Source: Schmidtea nova
Taxonomy: Eukaryota
Reading direction: 5' to 3'
Length of the DNA stretch: 63,672 bases
NCBI GenBank assembly: GCA_044892505.1
Contig: CM097882.1
Span: 179,180,329-179,244,000 of the forward strand
Below the pieces are notes generated by a model, which saw only the letters and a program-made list of their open reading frames with translations, ran no database searches and was not told the origin of the DNA. Positions 23,818-36,300 of the stretch are shown piece after piece; position 1 is the stretch's first letter; the number at the start of each line of letters is the position of its first letter. Made by a program: the position numbers and the translations under genes.

Positions 23818-24370
23818 CTAGTCAGGTTCATATCTAGGGTGCTGTAGAACACCTTCATAAATTAACTTACCACGATCATGTACCCGTGAAAACTCTAGAT
23901 TCGTTTCACATTGGGATTGTAAATGTCGGCGCGAGCCAAGTGGACACGTGAGCGACATTGGGGTAACTACTCTCACTTCTTCACTTACTTTTACTCCCAC
24001 ATGGTCTATTTTTATATCTTCTAAAGCTTCTTCCAACGTTTTTGGCTCTCTGATCTTCAAGGCTACCGAGAGAGTTTGGTTTCTCACACCTTCTATAAAG
24101 GCATGTATCATCATTTGTTCTTTTTCTCCTTCGTAACTTAGGCATCACATTCTTACTCTTTTCGAAATCTACTACATTCTCATCTCTTTCGTATCTGGTG
24201 TAGTTGAGAATATCTACAGTTATTGAGGTCTTTAATCTTTTAACCTCTACGATTTTGAGAATCAGTTCTTCGTATAGTTCTGGTTGTGATAATGTCTCCT
24301 AAGCATTCAATCTCTTTTACGATTTCTTCGTCAAAGTATTTTAAAAATACTTTAATTTTCTCTTCATTCG
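23818..24370 (-). pseudogene. Gypsy-type Gag (capsid) fragment
   Basis: NEEKIKVFLKYFDEEIVKEIEC...MMIHAFIEGVRNQTLSVALKIREPKTLEEALEDIK fits the FI.G...P.TL.EA Gag motif; frameshifted. Confidence 0.65.
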
Positions 24371-24960
24371 TTACCAAGTTGTGTTAGGGACTATTTCATT
24401 CAATAAATCGGAGTCGTATAGACCGGAAAGATGGTTCGTCTGTAATCTCAGATGTTGGGCAAATGCGCAACGTTTCCTTCGGCGCCCAGAGCCTATGTGG
24501 TTTTTGAGGATTGGAGTCGTGGTGTTCACAACACTGGGTATATTGACTTTTTCCTCGCTTATCTCGTCCGGCGCGTGACTCTCTGATTTATGAACGACTC
24601 TCGCCCATTTTCCAAAAGTGATGGGCTTAATCTCGGGCTTCAAATACTTTTTGATATAGGTTTTAAAACCTGATTCAGGCACCTTTTTAATTCAAACCAC
24701 ACATCATCTAGTTCTAACTGCACGTCAACGAGAGCTAGTTGGCCTCTCTCGGTTTTCTTTAACTGGGACTGCATTTGCGCTAGAGAGAAATAATTTGTCT
24801 GTAACCTGTCGATCTCTCTTGCTTGTCGAGCTATTCTAGCTTTGAGATTCGCCACTTACTGATACGCGATTCTTCGTTTTTCCCGTCGTCTTTTCTTTTC
24901 TAATGTGGAACAAATCTTGTGGGTCGAATTATTATTACAAGATACAAAATTGGATCAACA
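24371..24960 (-). pseudogene. Coiled-coil ORF with basic C-tail (cassette B), disrupted
   Basis: ANLKARIARQAREIDRLQ...VDVQLELDDVWFELKRCLNQV...NHIGSGRRRKRC, homologous to 10255-10770. Confidence 0.55.
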
Positions 24961-25247
24961 GTAATTAGTATAGTTATCAGGCGGGAATTCGCGGAGGTTG
25001 CAATGCTCGAATAACGTAATTACTCCTATATCTATACGAATGGTGTATGCGTTTGATTCTGATTTAGTCAAAAAGGAAAATATTAATACCCATATGCATT
25101 TGCTTTCGAATTAAACATTCGAAATGATCAAGAAAACTAGAAACCAAAACAAATACAGTTTAAAATAGAAAACATTTTATTCCTAATAACAAGGTTAATT
25201 TCATCGTCTGGTCTAAAGTTTACTCTGATCGTAATTGAGAAAACTTC

Positions 25248-25754
25248 TTAGATGGCTATTGCTGATCTCCATTCCGAATTCGATGTCTTTGAATCCAAGT
25301 TCAGTGATACTGGATGTTGATGGATCCACTTCGAATTTGACTGTCGAAATCGTGGATGAACTAGCAGTGCCAAACACAAGCTGTTGAATTCCCACCAGGG
25401 AATACAGCCAGAGTATAAGATCCATTTAGGTCTGTTCTTATCGTCTTTGTGCATGATAAACCACGTGGAGTTTTCAATGGAGACTTCGCGATCTTCTTCG
25501 AAAGGCCACTGGGGACCACCGCGCCACCATATTTCCTCTTAGGGATCAAGATCCCATATCGAAAAAGGAGCTCTGACCCGAAATTCGGTCCTCCGATAGC
25601 GCATCGCCGTGTCAACATTTTGTGAGATCTTGTGAGGCAGAGGCTTGAGAGACTTACAGATCTGCCATCAATATTCTGAATCTTGTCGAGCTGCTGCTAT
25701 ATCTGGAATGTTCACATTCTCACTTTCCACTAGTGAATTAGTATTATTTTCCAT
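25248..25754 (-). pseudogene. Uncharacterised ~170-aa Trp-rich protein (cassette B), two in-frame stops
   Basis: MENN...IAAARQDSEY*WQICKSLKPLPHKI...RYRRTEFRVRAPFSIWDLDP*EEIWWRGGPQWPF...DKNRPKWILYSGCIPWWEFNSLCLALLVHPRF. Confidence 0.7.
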
Positions 25755-27025
25755 TTTTAAATCTAAAATTGGTATAGAAAGATTTGCAATTTGGATGCTT
25801 GATTTACAATTATTTATGTGATTGGGTAACTCGCACTATGTGAATGACTTCAAACTCCTGATATTTTTTGATGCGTTGCTGTATTAAGCAGACACAATGT
25901 AGCGAGTAGATACTAGTCGGTCAATTAGATGTGTTTTTATGTGATCTCGCATTTGTATTTCGAGGTTGTTGACCATGCTAGATTTGCAGTCGTCGCAGAA
26001 TTTCATTAGAATGATTTCGATCGGCAGTAGTCGAGCGATTAATATTTCTTCCATTAAAAATGATTATACTTCTCTCGTAAGTTGAATTTATAAAAGAATT
26101 TATTATAAAATATTACCAGAATTTGAGTTAGTAAACGTGTTGATTCAATGATATTATACGAACATTTGTCATTTAATCATTATATTCGCTTGGTCAACTA
26201 TTAGATTTAATAACCCTGCGAAAGTCTCGGTGGAGGGCACTATCGTTATATATTCCCAAATAACTTTAACTCTGAACGCTGATAAATTTTGGGTTCACTA
26301 TGTCACTCGAACTTTATTATGGAATGATATGACGGGGTTTTCGAGAGTGCTGTGATGACTGGTTATGAGATGGCTGTCATACAATGTTACCTAAACTGCT
26401 GTCATTGGGTTCTAAGTTTTACTGCCCTATGTGATTTATTGAAAATGCATCTCTGCCTAATACTTGAATATCTCTATGTCAAGTATTTCGCTTGATGTTT
26501 CGGAAGTTTTTTTGCAACCGTTTCATGTGCAATCCCTCCATTTCCTGATAACCATTCGGTTGAGTTTAGTTTCTTTCCTCACCACGCCCGCATAACCCCG
26601 AGGGTCACAACAGTACGGCTATCAACCTTGTGGCCATGAACCACTAAGGCTTCTTGTCTATGATTGGATTTAAGGAGCATTAAAAATGATATGAGGGTTT
26701 ATCCGCAGAATATTAAAATAATGAATAACTATAATGTAGTTTCAAATCACCTTTATTGTCCAAGTATTGAAATAGTGTCAAAATTCACAATTACACGTTA
26801 ATTGACAAATATTGAAATGACACTAGATAAGACTAGATTCAATTATGCTTTATTTTGTGTAATTTCAATTAGATGATTTCATATTTTGCATAATCAATAT
26901 TTGAAAAATCATTATTCTTTTTGCTCGTTCAAATGATTCCCGATTAAACTAATTTTGGGAGGTGAATACGCCACGAGTTCTCAATCGGTTAAAAATGCTT
27001 GGGACGCATTGTCGGTTATAATTTT

Positions 27026-27413
27026 TGTACCACTGTCTTATTAAATTATATAAAATGGCGAGGGAGAAGTAAAAATTGAAGGATGATTATATAGATGTTT
27101 TTAAGAATAAATAAGTGTAGATCTGAAATAGGAAAGGTGATAGAAAGCTAGACAATAATCACACGAAAGGACCATAAAATAGATATGTGTGTAAGTCATT
27201 CTATCGGCAGCAGGAACCCAAAAGAGAGGATAGAGTAAGGAGTAGTTTTGGTAACAAAACTCGTCTACTAACTACTAACCACCGTGTAGAGTACCAACAT
27301 AGTTTGCGAAGGAGCAACTGCGGGTACACGAGTGAGGCATTTTAACATTTATGATATGGTGTGGGTTGTAGTAATCCCTAGAGACCAATAATAATTTTGT
27401 ACCAGCCCATACA
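27026..27413 (-). mobile_element. LTR-like repeat copy B (388 bp, TG...CA)
   Basis: Minus strand TGTATGGGC...GACAGTGGTACA. Shares ggacca, gtaagtc.ttcta.cggca, aggagtagtt, taaccacc, accaac and aatccctag in order with copy A. Confidence 0.55.
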
Positions 27414-28151
27414 CGTCAAGAAATTAATAAAATACAAAATAAATTAGAAAACATTTAAATCAACGAAACGATAAATAAAAGCTAATTGGTTAGTAAATAA
27501 TATAATAAAACTCACCGATTGCGGTAGACAAACTATTTTAATTGGCTAGCTCAATTACCAAATAGGTATATAAAGAGCTAGCCAAAACAGTTAATTTAGC
27601 ATTATTATATTCGAGAATCTTTGTTTTTTAACTAATCATAATGGTTTGATTGAACTGCACACAATTGTGTATATTGGAACAATCGAATAATGTAATTTTA
27701 ATTCTCTATTTTTAATTTGGATATTAGTTTCGGTAAACTCTCATTTCTTTTTCTCTGCTCAAAAGTAAAAGGTTGTTGAGCTTGGCAACTACCCAGCGAG
27801 GAGAGTGGGAATTACATAGAACATAGAGAGTAGCTTTAAAGTCATTTACTTAAAGGATGACAGGCATTAAACTGGCAATAAGTATAAATAAATTAAAAAA
27901 CGAAATTAGTATTTAATGAATTATATTCAGTCACCAGTGTAGAATTGATTCCACAAAATCGTACGAATTATAAATTACCATACGAGTGTCGAACCGTGAT
28001 ACTACCACCGCAAATTTCTGAATAATAAATAAATTACGAACGGGGAATTTGCATATTCGTTCATCACGTTACTTTACTGTTAATAGTCGTCGTAAGTGTG
28101 ATTTGCATAATTAATTAAAATCAATTATTAATTCAATCGAATAGCGAAACT

Positions 28152-28760
28152 ATGGAAGGAGAAATCTTGATGAAAATATGACAAATTAAAGACGAGATCA
28201 CGTCCTAGGGGACCACTCACCATCAATTACATCCGGTGATCCCAAAACTAAGACACAGATTCTACTCCGTCAACAGAAAAGCTTCCATACATTATTGATA
28301 TTTTTACGAAAAGCCGAGGAGATCATGAAAGATAAATCCGTAGGTCGATTAAAAAGACGTATAATCGAATAAGAGAGTATTCATTTCACTCCGACCCAGA
28401 AGAAAAAAGCCCAGACTAAGGTTGAAAGGTATCGTTGAGCAAATGAAGAGTTAAAACTTGAATTACGGGCCACATGATTAGAGTTGAAGAATCGCATATT
28501 TCAGATGAATCGCAATTTTATTCAGAATAAATTAACCATAAAAATTAGACCTTTCTCACTAGGAAAATGGGACAGCTCTCATGCAAAGCCACAATCAGCA
28601 ATTTCATAAGTAATGAAGGTACCCTATGAAACGTCATTGGGTCCAATGAAAAGAAAAGAAGAAAACAGTGCCAGTTACAAGAGACTATGTTTGATCTCCA
28701 GTTGATTCGCCAATTCAAGTTTTTAGATGGGTTAACCGAAGAGAAACTGATCGACGAAAT
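28152..28760 (+). pseudogene. Third decayed copy of the coiled-coil/basic-tail ORF
   Basis: AQTKVERYR*ANEELKLELRAT*LELKNRI (compare VQLELDDVWFELKRCL) and IGSNEKKRRKQC (compare IGSGRRRKRC). Confidence 0.5.
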
Positions 28761-29946
28761 TGTTGTATTGTGATGTATCTAAACACATGAGTTAGTTTTT
28801 GAGTTAGTTTAGTTCGTTCTTGAAAAAGGTTACAGTAGGATAATTTTGAGATGGGTGTACCTGGGAACCTAGAATTACGAAAATTGTTTAAATACATCAA
28901 TGAAAATAACCAACGAGAAGGAGTATATAAGTCGCTACTTATTGAAACTGAAAAAAACAGTTTTACTTCCTAAAATTGGTACACAAAAAGCGAATTTACT
29001 TCACCTCATCCTATACACTGACGTAGAACAAGCGGTGGCCTGGCCAAGGCCAAGTTTTGTTCAAATTAATTAAGTTTGAAATCACATTGTATTTTATTTG
29101 AAATTCGATATTGTATTCAAAGACGAAAAATAAAATAATTTTCTTTTATAACATAAATCAATATTTTAATACACGAACTAATCAGATATGCTGCACGGAT
29201 AGTTTTGTATTTTAACCGAATTTATAATGTTATGCTTCAAATATTTGATAATACTCTACACATTCACGAATTAAGTTAATATAAATATGAATATTTGATA
29301 TGCACTCTTCAGAATGACCACTGGGTTCGAAATCTTGAAGCGCGGGGTTCATAAACTCTTGTCTGACAAATTTTCAATAATACGAACTTAAAAACTGAGA
29401 TTTTCAATACGAAATCGAAGTTTGCGCCCAAATATTTATTTTAATAAAGATAAAACCCCGCACTTCGACCAAAATTGAGTCGTCTAAAATATATGCTCAA
29501 AAATAGTGGTCGGATAGATTTTGAAAATAATTTGTTTTTGATTGCTGTGGTTTGCCATATAATTAAATACGTTTGGTCGAGCAAAATAATTTAACTTGTT
29601 TTTCATAAAGATTTATGATATTAATGATTGATATTTATGTCAATTTCTTTTGAAGACTCGCTTCAAACTCAACCGTGAACGTGCTAAGTGAAAAGTTGAG
29701 ACCGATTTTCCGAAAATTTTGCAGCAATTTGGATTTTTGTTCACAATGATTATGATGCTTGTTTTTGAATTATGAATTTATTGTCTATATGTAAAATTGA
29801 TTTTGGAGAAGACCGAATATCTTTGTCTTCCATATGCTTTGTGGTAATGGTGAAATTGATGTGTCTATAAGGTTATAATAACACTTATATGTATTAATAG
29901 TTTTATTATAATATTTTGTTTTAATTATATTTGTTTTACTCTAGAG

Positions 29947-32698
29947 CAGGAGTGGCCAACCGGCGGCCCGCAATGTTTTAATGTTTTAAAAATAGAATAA
30001 AAACTTTTAAAAACTTTTTAAAATACGAAAATGATACCAAAAAAATATTTGTAATAAATACAACACAATGAATTTATATAGTTAATAATTACAATACAAA
30101 CTATAAAGATTTTTATCAAAAAACAAAAACCACGGAGCAATAAATTAAAATGGTAAATTTAATCATTTATTAACTGTGTTACTTTTTTTGATCGTCAATA
30201 CACGGTGCATATATATTATATTGCTTCTGAATAATTGATAATCATGCTAAACTTTGTTTATTTCATACACACCCATACAATTTCCGTTAATTTTGTGACG
30301 TTAATGTTTTTACAAATATTTCGAATTAATAGTTAACAAGCGTGGTAAAATATTAAATATAGAATAATTAAAATTCAATAATGACAATTAACGAAAAGAA
30401 AAGATCCCGAACAATTGATGCTGAAGGCAGAACTTTCCAAGAGAGATGGGAAAAGGATTATGTTTTCGTGGAACACTCTGGTAGTGCTTTATGTTTGGTT
30501 TGTAGTGACATAATTGCAATCATGAAAGATTATAATCTGAAACGTCATTACGAAACTCGTCACAAGCAAATTTATTCTAAATTTGAAGGCAAAATCAGAG
30601 AAGAAAAGATTGAGTTTCTGAAGACAAGCCTGACCAAGCAGCAGAACCTTTTCAATAAATATACAAAACAATCAGGAACAGTTGTTAGAGCAAGTTATGA
30701 AGTAGCAATTGCGATTGCAAGGCAAGGAAGGCCATTCACGGATGGGGAATTTGTCAAAAATTGTATGCTGAAAGTTGTTGGACATGTCTGCCCCGAAATG
30801 AAAGAACAGTTCACTAATGTTAGCCTGTCAAAACAAACCATTACACGCCGTGTTGAAGATATTGCCGCAAATCTTCTCCAGCAGCTTCAGCGTGCTTCGC
30901 GGCATTTTGTCTGGTATTCAGTCGCACTAGATGAGAGTACTGATTTATCAAATATAGCACAACTGCTGATATTCATCCGTGGAGTAAATGAAAACTTTGA
31001 AATTGTTGAAGATCTTGCTGGGCTTTGCAGCACGCATGACACGACAAAAGGTAGCGATATATTTGATGAACTGAAGATGGTATTGGAGAGACTAGAGCTG
31101 TCATGGGAAAACCTTACTGCCGTGACAACTGATGGTGCTCCTGCCATGATCGGTAATAAAATTGGTCTTACCGGGCTTGTAAAAAAACATTGTAAAGGGT
31201 TTAACATGCAGCAACTGACCTACCACTGCATAATTCATCAGGAAGCTCTCTGCAGCAAAACATTGCAGATGCAGCATGTCATGACTGTGGTGGTGAAGAT
31301 TGTGGACTTTATCCGCGCACGATCTCTAAACCATCGTCAGTTCAAGACTTTTTTGGAAGAAGCTGGTGCAGAGTTTAATGATATGCCATACTACACGGAA
31401 GTGCGCTGGTTGAGTAGGGGAATTGTTCTTGAAAAATTCTTTGCTTTGCGCAACGAAATTGGAAACTTCATGAAGGAAAAAGATTCGGCTGTTCCTCAGT
31501 TAGAAGATAAGAGTTATATGCAAGATTTGGCTTTTTTGACGGACATGATGTTCCATCTTAACCAGCTCAATACCAAACTTCAAGGTTCCAACCAGCTTGT
31601 ACACACTTTGTTTGAGGCAGTGAAGGCCTTTGAGTTGAAACTTCAAATTTTGATGACACATTTACATCAACACAAATTGGATCACTTTCCGACGTGCAAG
31701 AAAACACTTTATGCGGGAGACACATCATTTAAATTCGAACGGTATGAGGAATTGGTTACGAACCTGCTGCAGGAGTTTAAAAGAAGATTCGTTGACTTCC
31801 GTTCTAATGAAATGGAAATCCGGCTCTTTGGAAGTCCTTTCCTGGTGGATGTTGAAAATGTGTCGACAGATTTTCAAATGGAGCTTGTTGAGCTGCAATC
31901 CGATAGCTTTTTAAAACAAAAATATCTGAAAGGAAACTTGATCGAGTTTTATTCCCTCTTAACTTCCGACAAGTATCCAGCATTGCGGAAGAATGCATTA
32001 AAGATGATGAGTTTGTTTGGCAGTACATACATATGTGAGCAGACATTTTCAAGAATGAAATGCAATAAGTCGGTTCACAGGGCCAGACTTACTGATGTAC
32101 GACATCTTGCGCATTTTCGTGTCTGCATTTGATGTTAGTATAGAAGAACTCTCATCTGGCAAACAAGCTCAGGTTTCTCACTGAAAGACATTTGCCCCGA
32201 ATAGTTAAAATGTAGTGTTTTTGTACAAGCAATTTATTTTGCAATATAATGTTTTATATCCCGTTTCTTTACTTTTTGAATTGGTAGATTTACTAACTGT
32301 ACTAAAAAAAAGTAATAGTTTGCCGCCAGTAAAGATTGAACAATATTTATTGTTTATTTCATATGTCTATGTGTTTTTAACCAATTATTATTGTATATTA
32401 CATTTTGAAAATTTCCTTAATTCATTATGATTTCTATTCAGGGCCATCAAATATAAATAGTGCCAGTTTATCCTGTACCTAAGAAGCATAATTTATTTAA
32501 GATGCACGCAAATGCTTTATTGTTTTTTTAACGGTTGTCTCAGACCCCACTACGGGCGATTACTGCGCTCCTCCTGTCCTTTAGTTGGAATTAGCTCAGA
32601 AGCATCAGATAAAAATTTACGCCTTTCAAACCTGCGGCCCGCCGCATGGTTCAAAAATATTGTAATGGCCCTTTTTCCAAAAAGGTTGGCCACCCCTG
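29947..32698 (+). mobile_element. Full-length hAT transposon of Buster/Charlie/SPIN type (2752 bp)
   Basis: 15-bp TIRs CAGGAGTGGCCAACC / rc CAGGGGTGGCCAACC. Left flank CTCTAGAG matches the NTCTAGAN target consensus; right flank ATCTAATG matches it at 5 of 8 positions. Confidence 0.95.
30381..32132 (+). CDS. hAT transposase (GTF2IRD2/SPIN-like), 583 aa, probable frameshift near the C-terminus
   Basis: ALCLVC...LKRHYETRH zinc finger, ALDESTD, TTDGAPAM, HCIIHQEALC, VRWLSRG, STYICEQTFS. The expected ending (DILRIF...QAQVSH*) is in another frame and stops at about 32184. Confidence 0.93.
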   Translation: MTINEKKRSRTIDAEGRTFQERWEKDYVFVEHSGSALCLVCSDIIAIMKDYNLKRHYETRHKQIYSKFEGKIREEKIEFLKTSLTKQQNLFNKYTKQSGTVVRASYEVAIAIARQGRPFTDGEFVKNCMLKVVGHVCPEMKEQFTNVSLSKQTITRRVEDIAANLLQQLQRASRHFVWYSVALDESTDLSNIAQLLIFIRGVNENFEIVEDLAGLCSTHDTTKGSDIFDELKMVLERLELSWENLTAVTTDGAPAMIGNKIGLTGLVKKHCKGFNMQQLTYHCIIHQEALCSKTLQMQHVMTVVVKIVDFIRARSLNHRQFKTFLEEAGAEFNDMPYYTEVRWLSRGIVLEKFFALRNEIGNFMKEKDSAVPQLEDKSYMQDLAFLTDMMFHLNQLNTKLQGSNQLVHTLFEAVKAFELKLQILMTHLHQHKLDHFPTCKKTLYAGDTSFKFERYEELVTNLLQEFKRRFVDFRSNEMEIRLFGSPFLVDVENVSTDFQMELVELQSDSFLKQKYLKGNLIEFYSLLTSDKYPALRKNALKMMSLFGSTYICEQTFSRMKCNKSVHRARLTDVRHLAHFRVCI

Positions 32699-33088
32699 AT
32701 CTAATGCAAGGGTCATACAATCAAACGAGAAATCCTAAATAATAATGAAGAAATAATTAATTAATTAACTGTATTTTAAATTAACTTTTACATATTAAAA
32801 TAAAAAATTTAATTAATATAAAATATTAGATTACGGAATTATAAAATAAAAGAATGAATACAATTGTTATCCGCATTAAATTAAAAAAGTTTGATTTTGA
32901 AATCGATTATCAACGAATATTTGTTTTAAGTTATCAAATAAATGGCTTTAATAACTTTTGATTTTAGACATTTAAATTATATAATTTACATAATTTATTT
33001 AACATAAAATTATAATAATTATTGTTATCATTTTAAGTCATTAAATATTTTAGATATAACTTTTAAAATATTATAATATTCCTTGAAA

Positions 33089-33340
33089 ATGTTAATGAGC
33101 TTGAATGATACTTCGCCTGTTAATTCCAATGATGCCTGTATGTCTATTGTCAACAGTTTATTATGTCATCGACAAGGAGGAGAAAGTCAAAATTTTTCTA
33201 GAAAAGCAATTGAAAGTTTAGTAAAAAAATTAAAAGAAAAAAGAGAGGAACTTGATTTCTTGATAACGGCTGTAACAACTAGTGGGACACAACCGACCGG
33301 ATGTGTCACGATTCCTAAAACACTAGATGGTCGTCTTCAA
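33089..33340 (+). CDS. smad4: Smad4 exon 1 (MH1 N-half)
   Basis: MLMSLND...[36 protein letters not shown]...[13 protein letters not shown]; donor gtaagt, phase 0. The start could also be ATG 33095. Confidence 0.95.
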
Positions 33341-36300
33341 GTAAGTATAATTTTTTAAATTAAATTTCAACAAATCAAGTTTTTTTTCATTTTTTTTCAT
33401 CATGATTTTTTTCATTATTACATAATTAAATGTTTTTAATTTACTCTTTATTATACATTAAATTATTATATAATATAACTTAAAATACTCTTAAAGTTAA
33501 CTGAGAGAAAAGTTTTTGTAAAGCAGATTTGCTCAATCTACGACTCAACATACTAATTAAATTCGAGCAATACCAAGTCATAAAAACTGAAACAAGATAG
33601 AAAAGCTTGCGTAATCAATAAAAATTGTGCTGAATATATGAATAAAAATAAATGAGATGTTCGGTATTTTGAGATCGGGGTATATAAGCTCGTTCATAAC
33701 GAACCACGCCAAGGATATATGATGGTTCGTAAAAAATACGAAAGTTTAACTTAATCCATCGAGTAGAATTATATGACAAAAACGTAATCAAATAACGAAA
33801 AATAGAAAATTTAAAGAAGCGGTATTGTTTCTAAGGAAAAAGATTTATTTTAAGTACTATTTCCGCTTTTTTATTAAAAAAAATAAATTTCATTTGGATA
33901 TTTTAATCAAATTTAAAATTAAAATTATTGTTTAATTATGATTGTTTTGAAATACAATTTGTGGAGAGTATCTTACTTGTTGGATATTTTTTAACGTTAA
34001 ATTTAATAACTCCGTAACTGGGTTTTTAACTACTTTTATTATTATTCCAAATAGTGTAAACAAAAACTTGCTTTTACACTTTCTATGAACAATCCAAGTA
34101 CTGTATTTGTCAAAATATAACACGACTCCGACTATATGACATTAAGCAATCCCTTTAAATTTTTAGTTAAAGCTACAAATGATAAAAAATATGTAAAAGC
34201 ATCACTTAAAAATTCACTTAAAAATTCCTTCAATCGCCACTAGTAAGATCATATTTATCAGCACTTGATATCCTACTAGATATATCTTCTGATTCACTTT
34301 CTGCACCTGAGTCAGTGTCACTAGTATTTTGTTCTTTAAATACTGAAACTTTCAATAAAACAATAAAGCCTAGTAATATATATATTCGCGAGAGCTCAAT
34401 TGTGGAATGACACATTTCATATCGTATTATAATTTTAACTTTAGTCTCCATAGTAATTAGATATCTTTTATCTTTAGAATCACATTTATATTTGTTCGGC
34501 ATGATTAGTGTTGTATATTTTTATAATATATATGCATCATACAAAGAAGACATCTAAATTGCATTGTGTTGAGGAACAGGAGAGGTGGGGTGTAAAAGGC
34601 AACAGCCAGCACAGTCTATCCCCTTTCTCTCTTTCACTCACTCTTTCCATTTTATGAACATAATATGTTATGTTAACGCATGCGCAATCAAATAAAAAAC
34701 ACATTTTAAAATCGCGTAAGCACGAATTGCCGTAAGTCGAGGACTTACTGTGATAATTCAAATTATGGTATTTTCATACAAATTTAAGCAGTAAAAATAA
34801 AGAATAAGGATATTATAAACCGACAGAATAAGTTTAGGATTAAATAATTACAATATTTGCCCGAATAGAAGACGACCCCCAATGTTTATTGATTAATATA
34901 CAGAAATATATACACATGTGGAGTTATCGTGGGAGCTCAATGTTCACATATTTAATTTATTCAACAAATTAAGGGTTCAGTTATAAGCCGATCTTCAATT
35001 TTAATGAGTTTTGAGGTGAAAAAAATTGTCTTATATTCGGGTCAATACGGAAATAGCTATTTGATTATAAGTTGATTTAATATTATAAAATAACCCGTTT
35101 TATATAAATACATACAAGGACAAAAGGTAATCAATGAAGCATTGGAGACTTTCGATTACACTGCTATAAAGTAAAATATATGTACCTAGGCCCATCGTCG
35201 TAGATTCACTCCAAAATATCTCGACATAAACTGAAATGACACAAAGTGAATTATGATTTTATAAAGGAATTTTATATTAAAAATGTTATCCAAACAGCAC
35301 AACTTTCAAAGATTTACGATATAGAGTGAAAATTGGTGTTAATTTAGGTTCTACACAAATTCGAAAANNNNNNNNNNNNNNNNNNNNNNNNNNNNNNNNN
35401 NNNNNNNNNNNNNNNNNNNNNNNNNNNNNNNNNNNNNNNNNNNNNNNNNNNNNNNNNNNNNNNNNNNNNNNNNNNNNNNNNNNNNNNNNNNNNNNNNNNN
35501 NNNCAAACGAGCGTTTTATGTCGGTGTTTGATTGAAATATTGTTAAGAATATTACTGGTCATTGCACTTTGAATGTAAAATCACTTCCTTTTACTGCGAA
35601 ATAATGAATTTTTGGGAAAATAAAATAATCACACAGGGCCAAATCCGTCGAGTTTTGTGAATGATGTAACAAAAGTCAGAATCAATCAACAAGTTTAAAT
35701 AAAAGCCTGGCCACTGATATAGGTTCTAATATACAAAATATACATTTAATTGATCAATATTTTGTTTCTTTGAAAAATTTCAGTATTTTCAAGAGGCTAA
35801 GAAAGAGTTACGCCAACTCTTATAAACTTTCTATACTCAAAGAGGTCTTAATCAAAAAACTTGCTATTATAGCAAAAACATGTGGTTTGAATGAAAGAAT
35901 TTTGAGGCAATGGAAAGGTGAGATTTAGAGATTGAGTGAAGTCAAGAACAAATTGACAAGAAGAAATCTGGTAGTGGTTGCAAACCAACTATTGAAGAGC
36001 TTGAAAAGGTAATATCTGCCTGGTTTTCAAACAGAGGAGTTGTTAACAGAAAGAATTTGGAGAATTCTGCATTAAATCTTGCGAGAGAATATGGCTACGA
36101 GAATTTTGAGGGATCGAAACATTGGATAGATGGTTTTTAAAAACAATATAATATTAGGATTAGAAGATCTACGACACTAAAAGATTTCTAGTATTTTTAA
36201 ATTAGAATTATTAGTTCAGAATGCAAATTTCATCAAAACCAGCGAGCGTGATATAAGATTGTATTTATAATTATATAAAATTCTCTAACAAACAAATTGC

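Noticed and set aside
30489-32052. Antisense and alternate-frame ORFs over the hAT transposase
   Set aside because: Shadow ORFs with no recognisable motifs.
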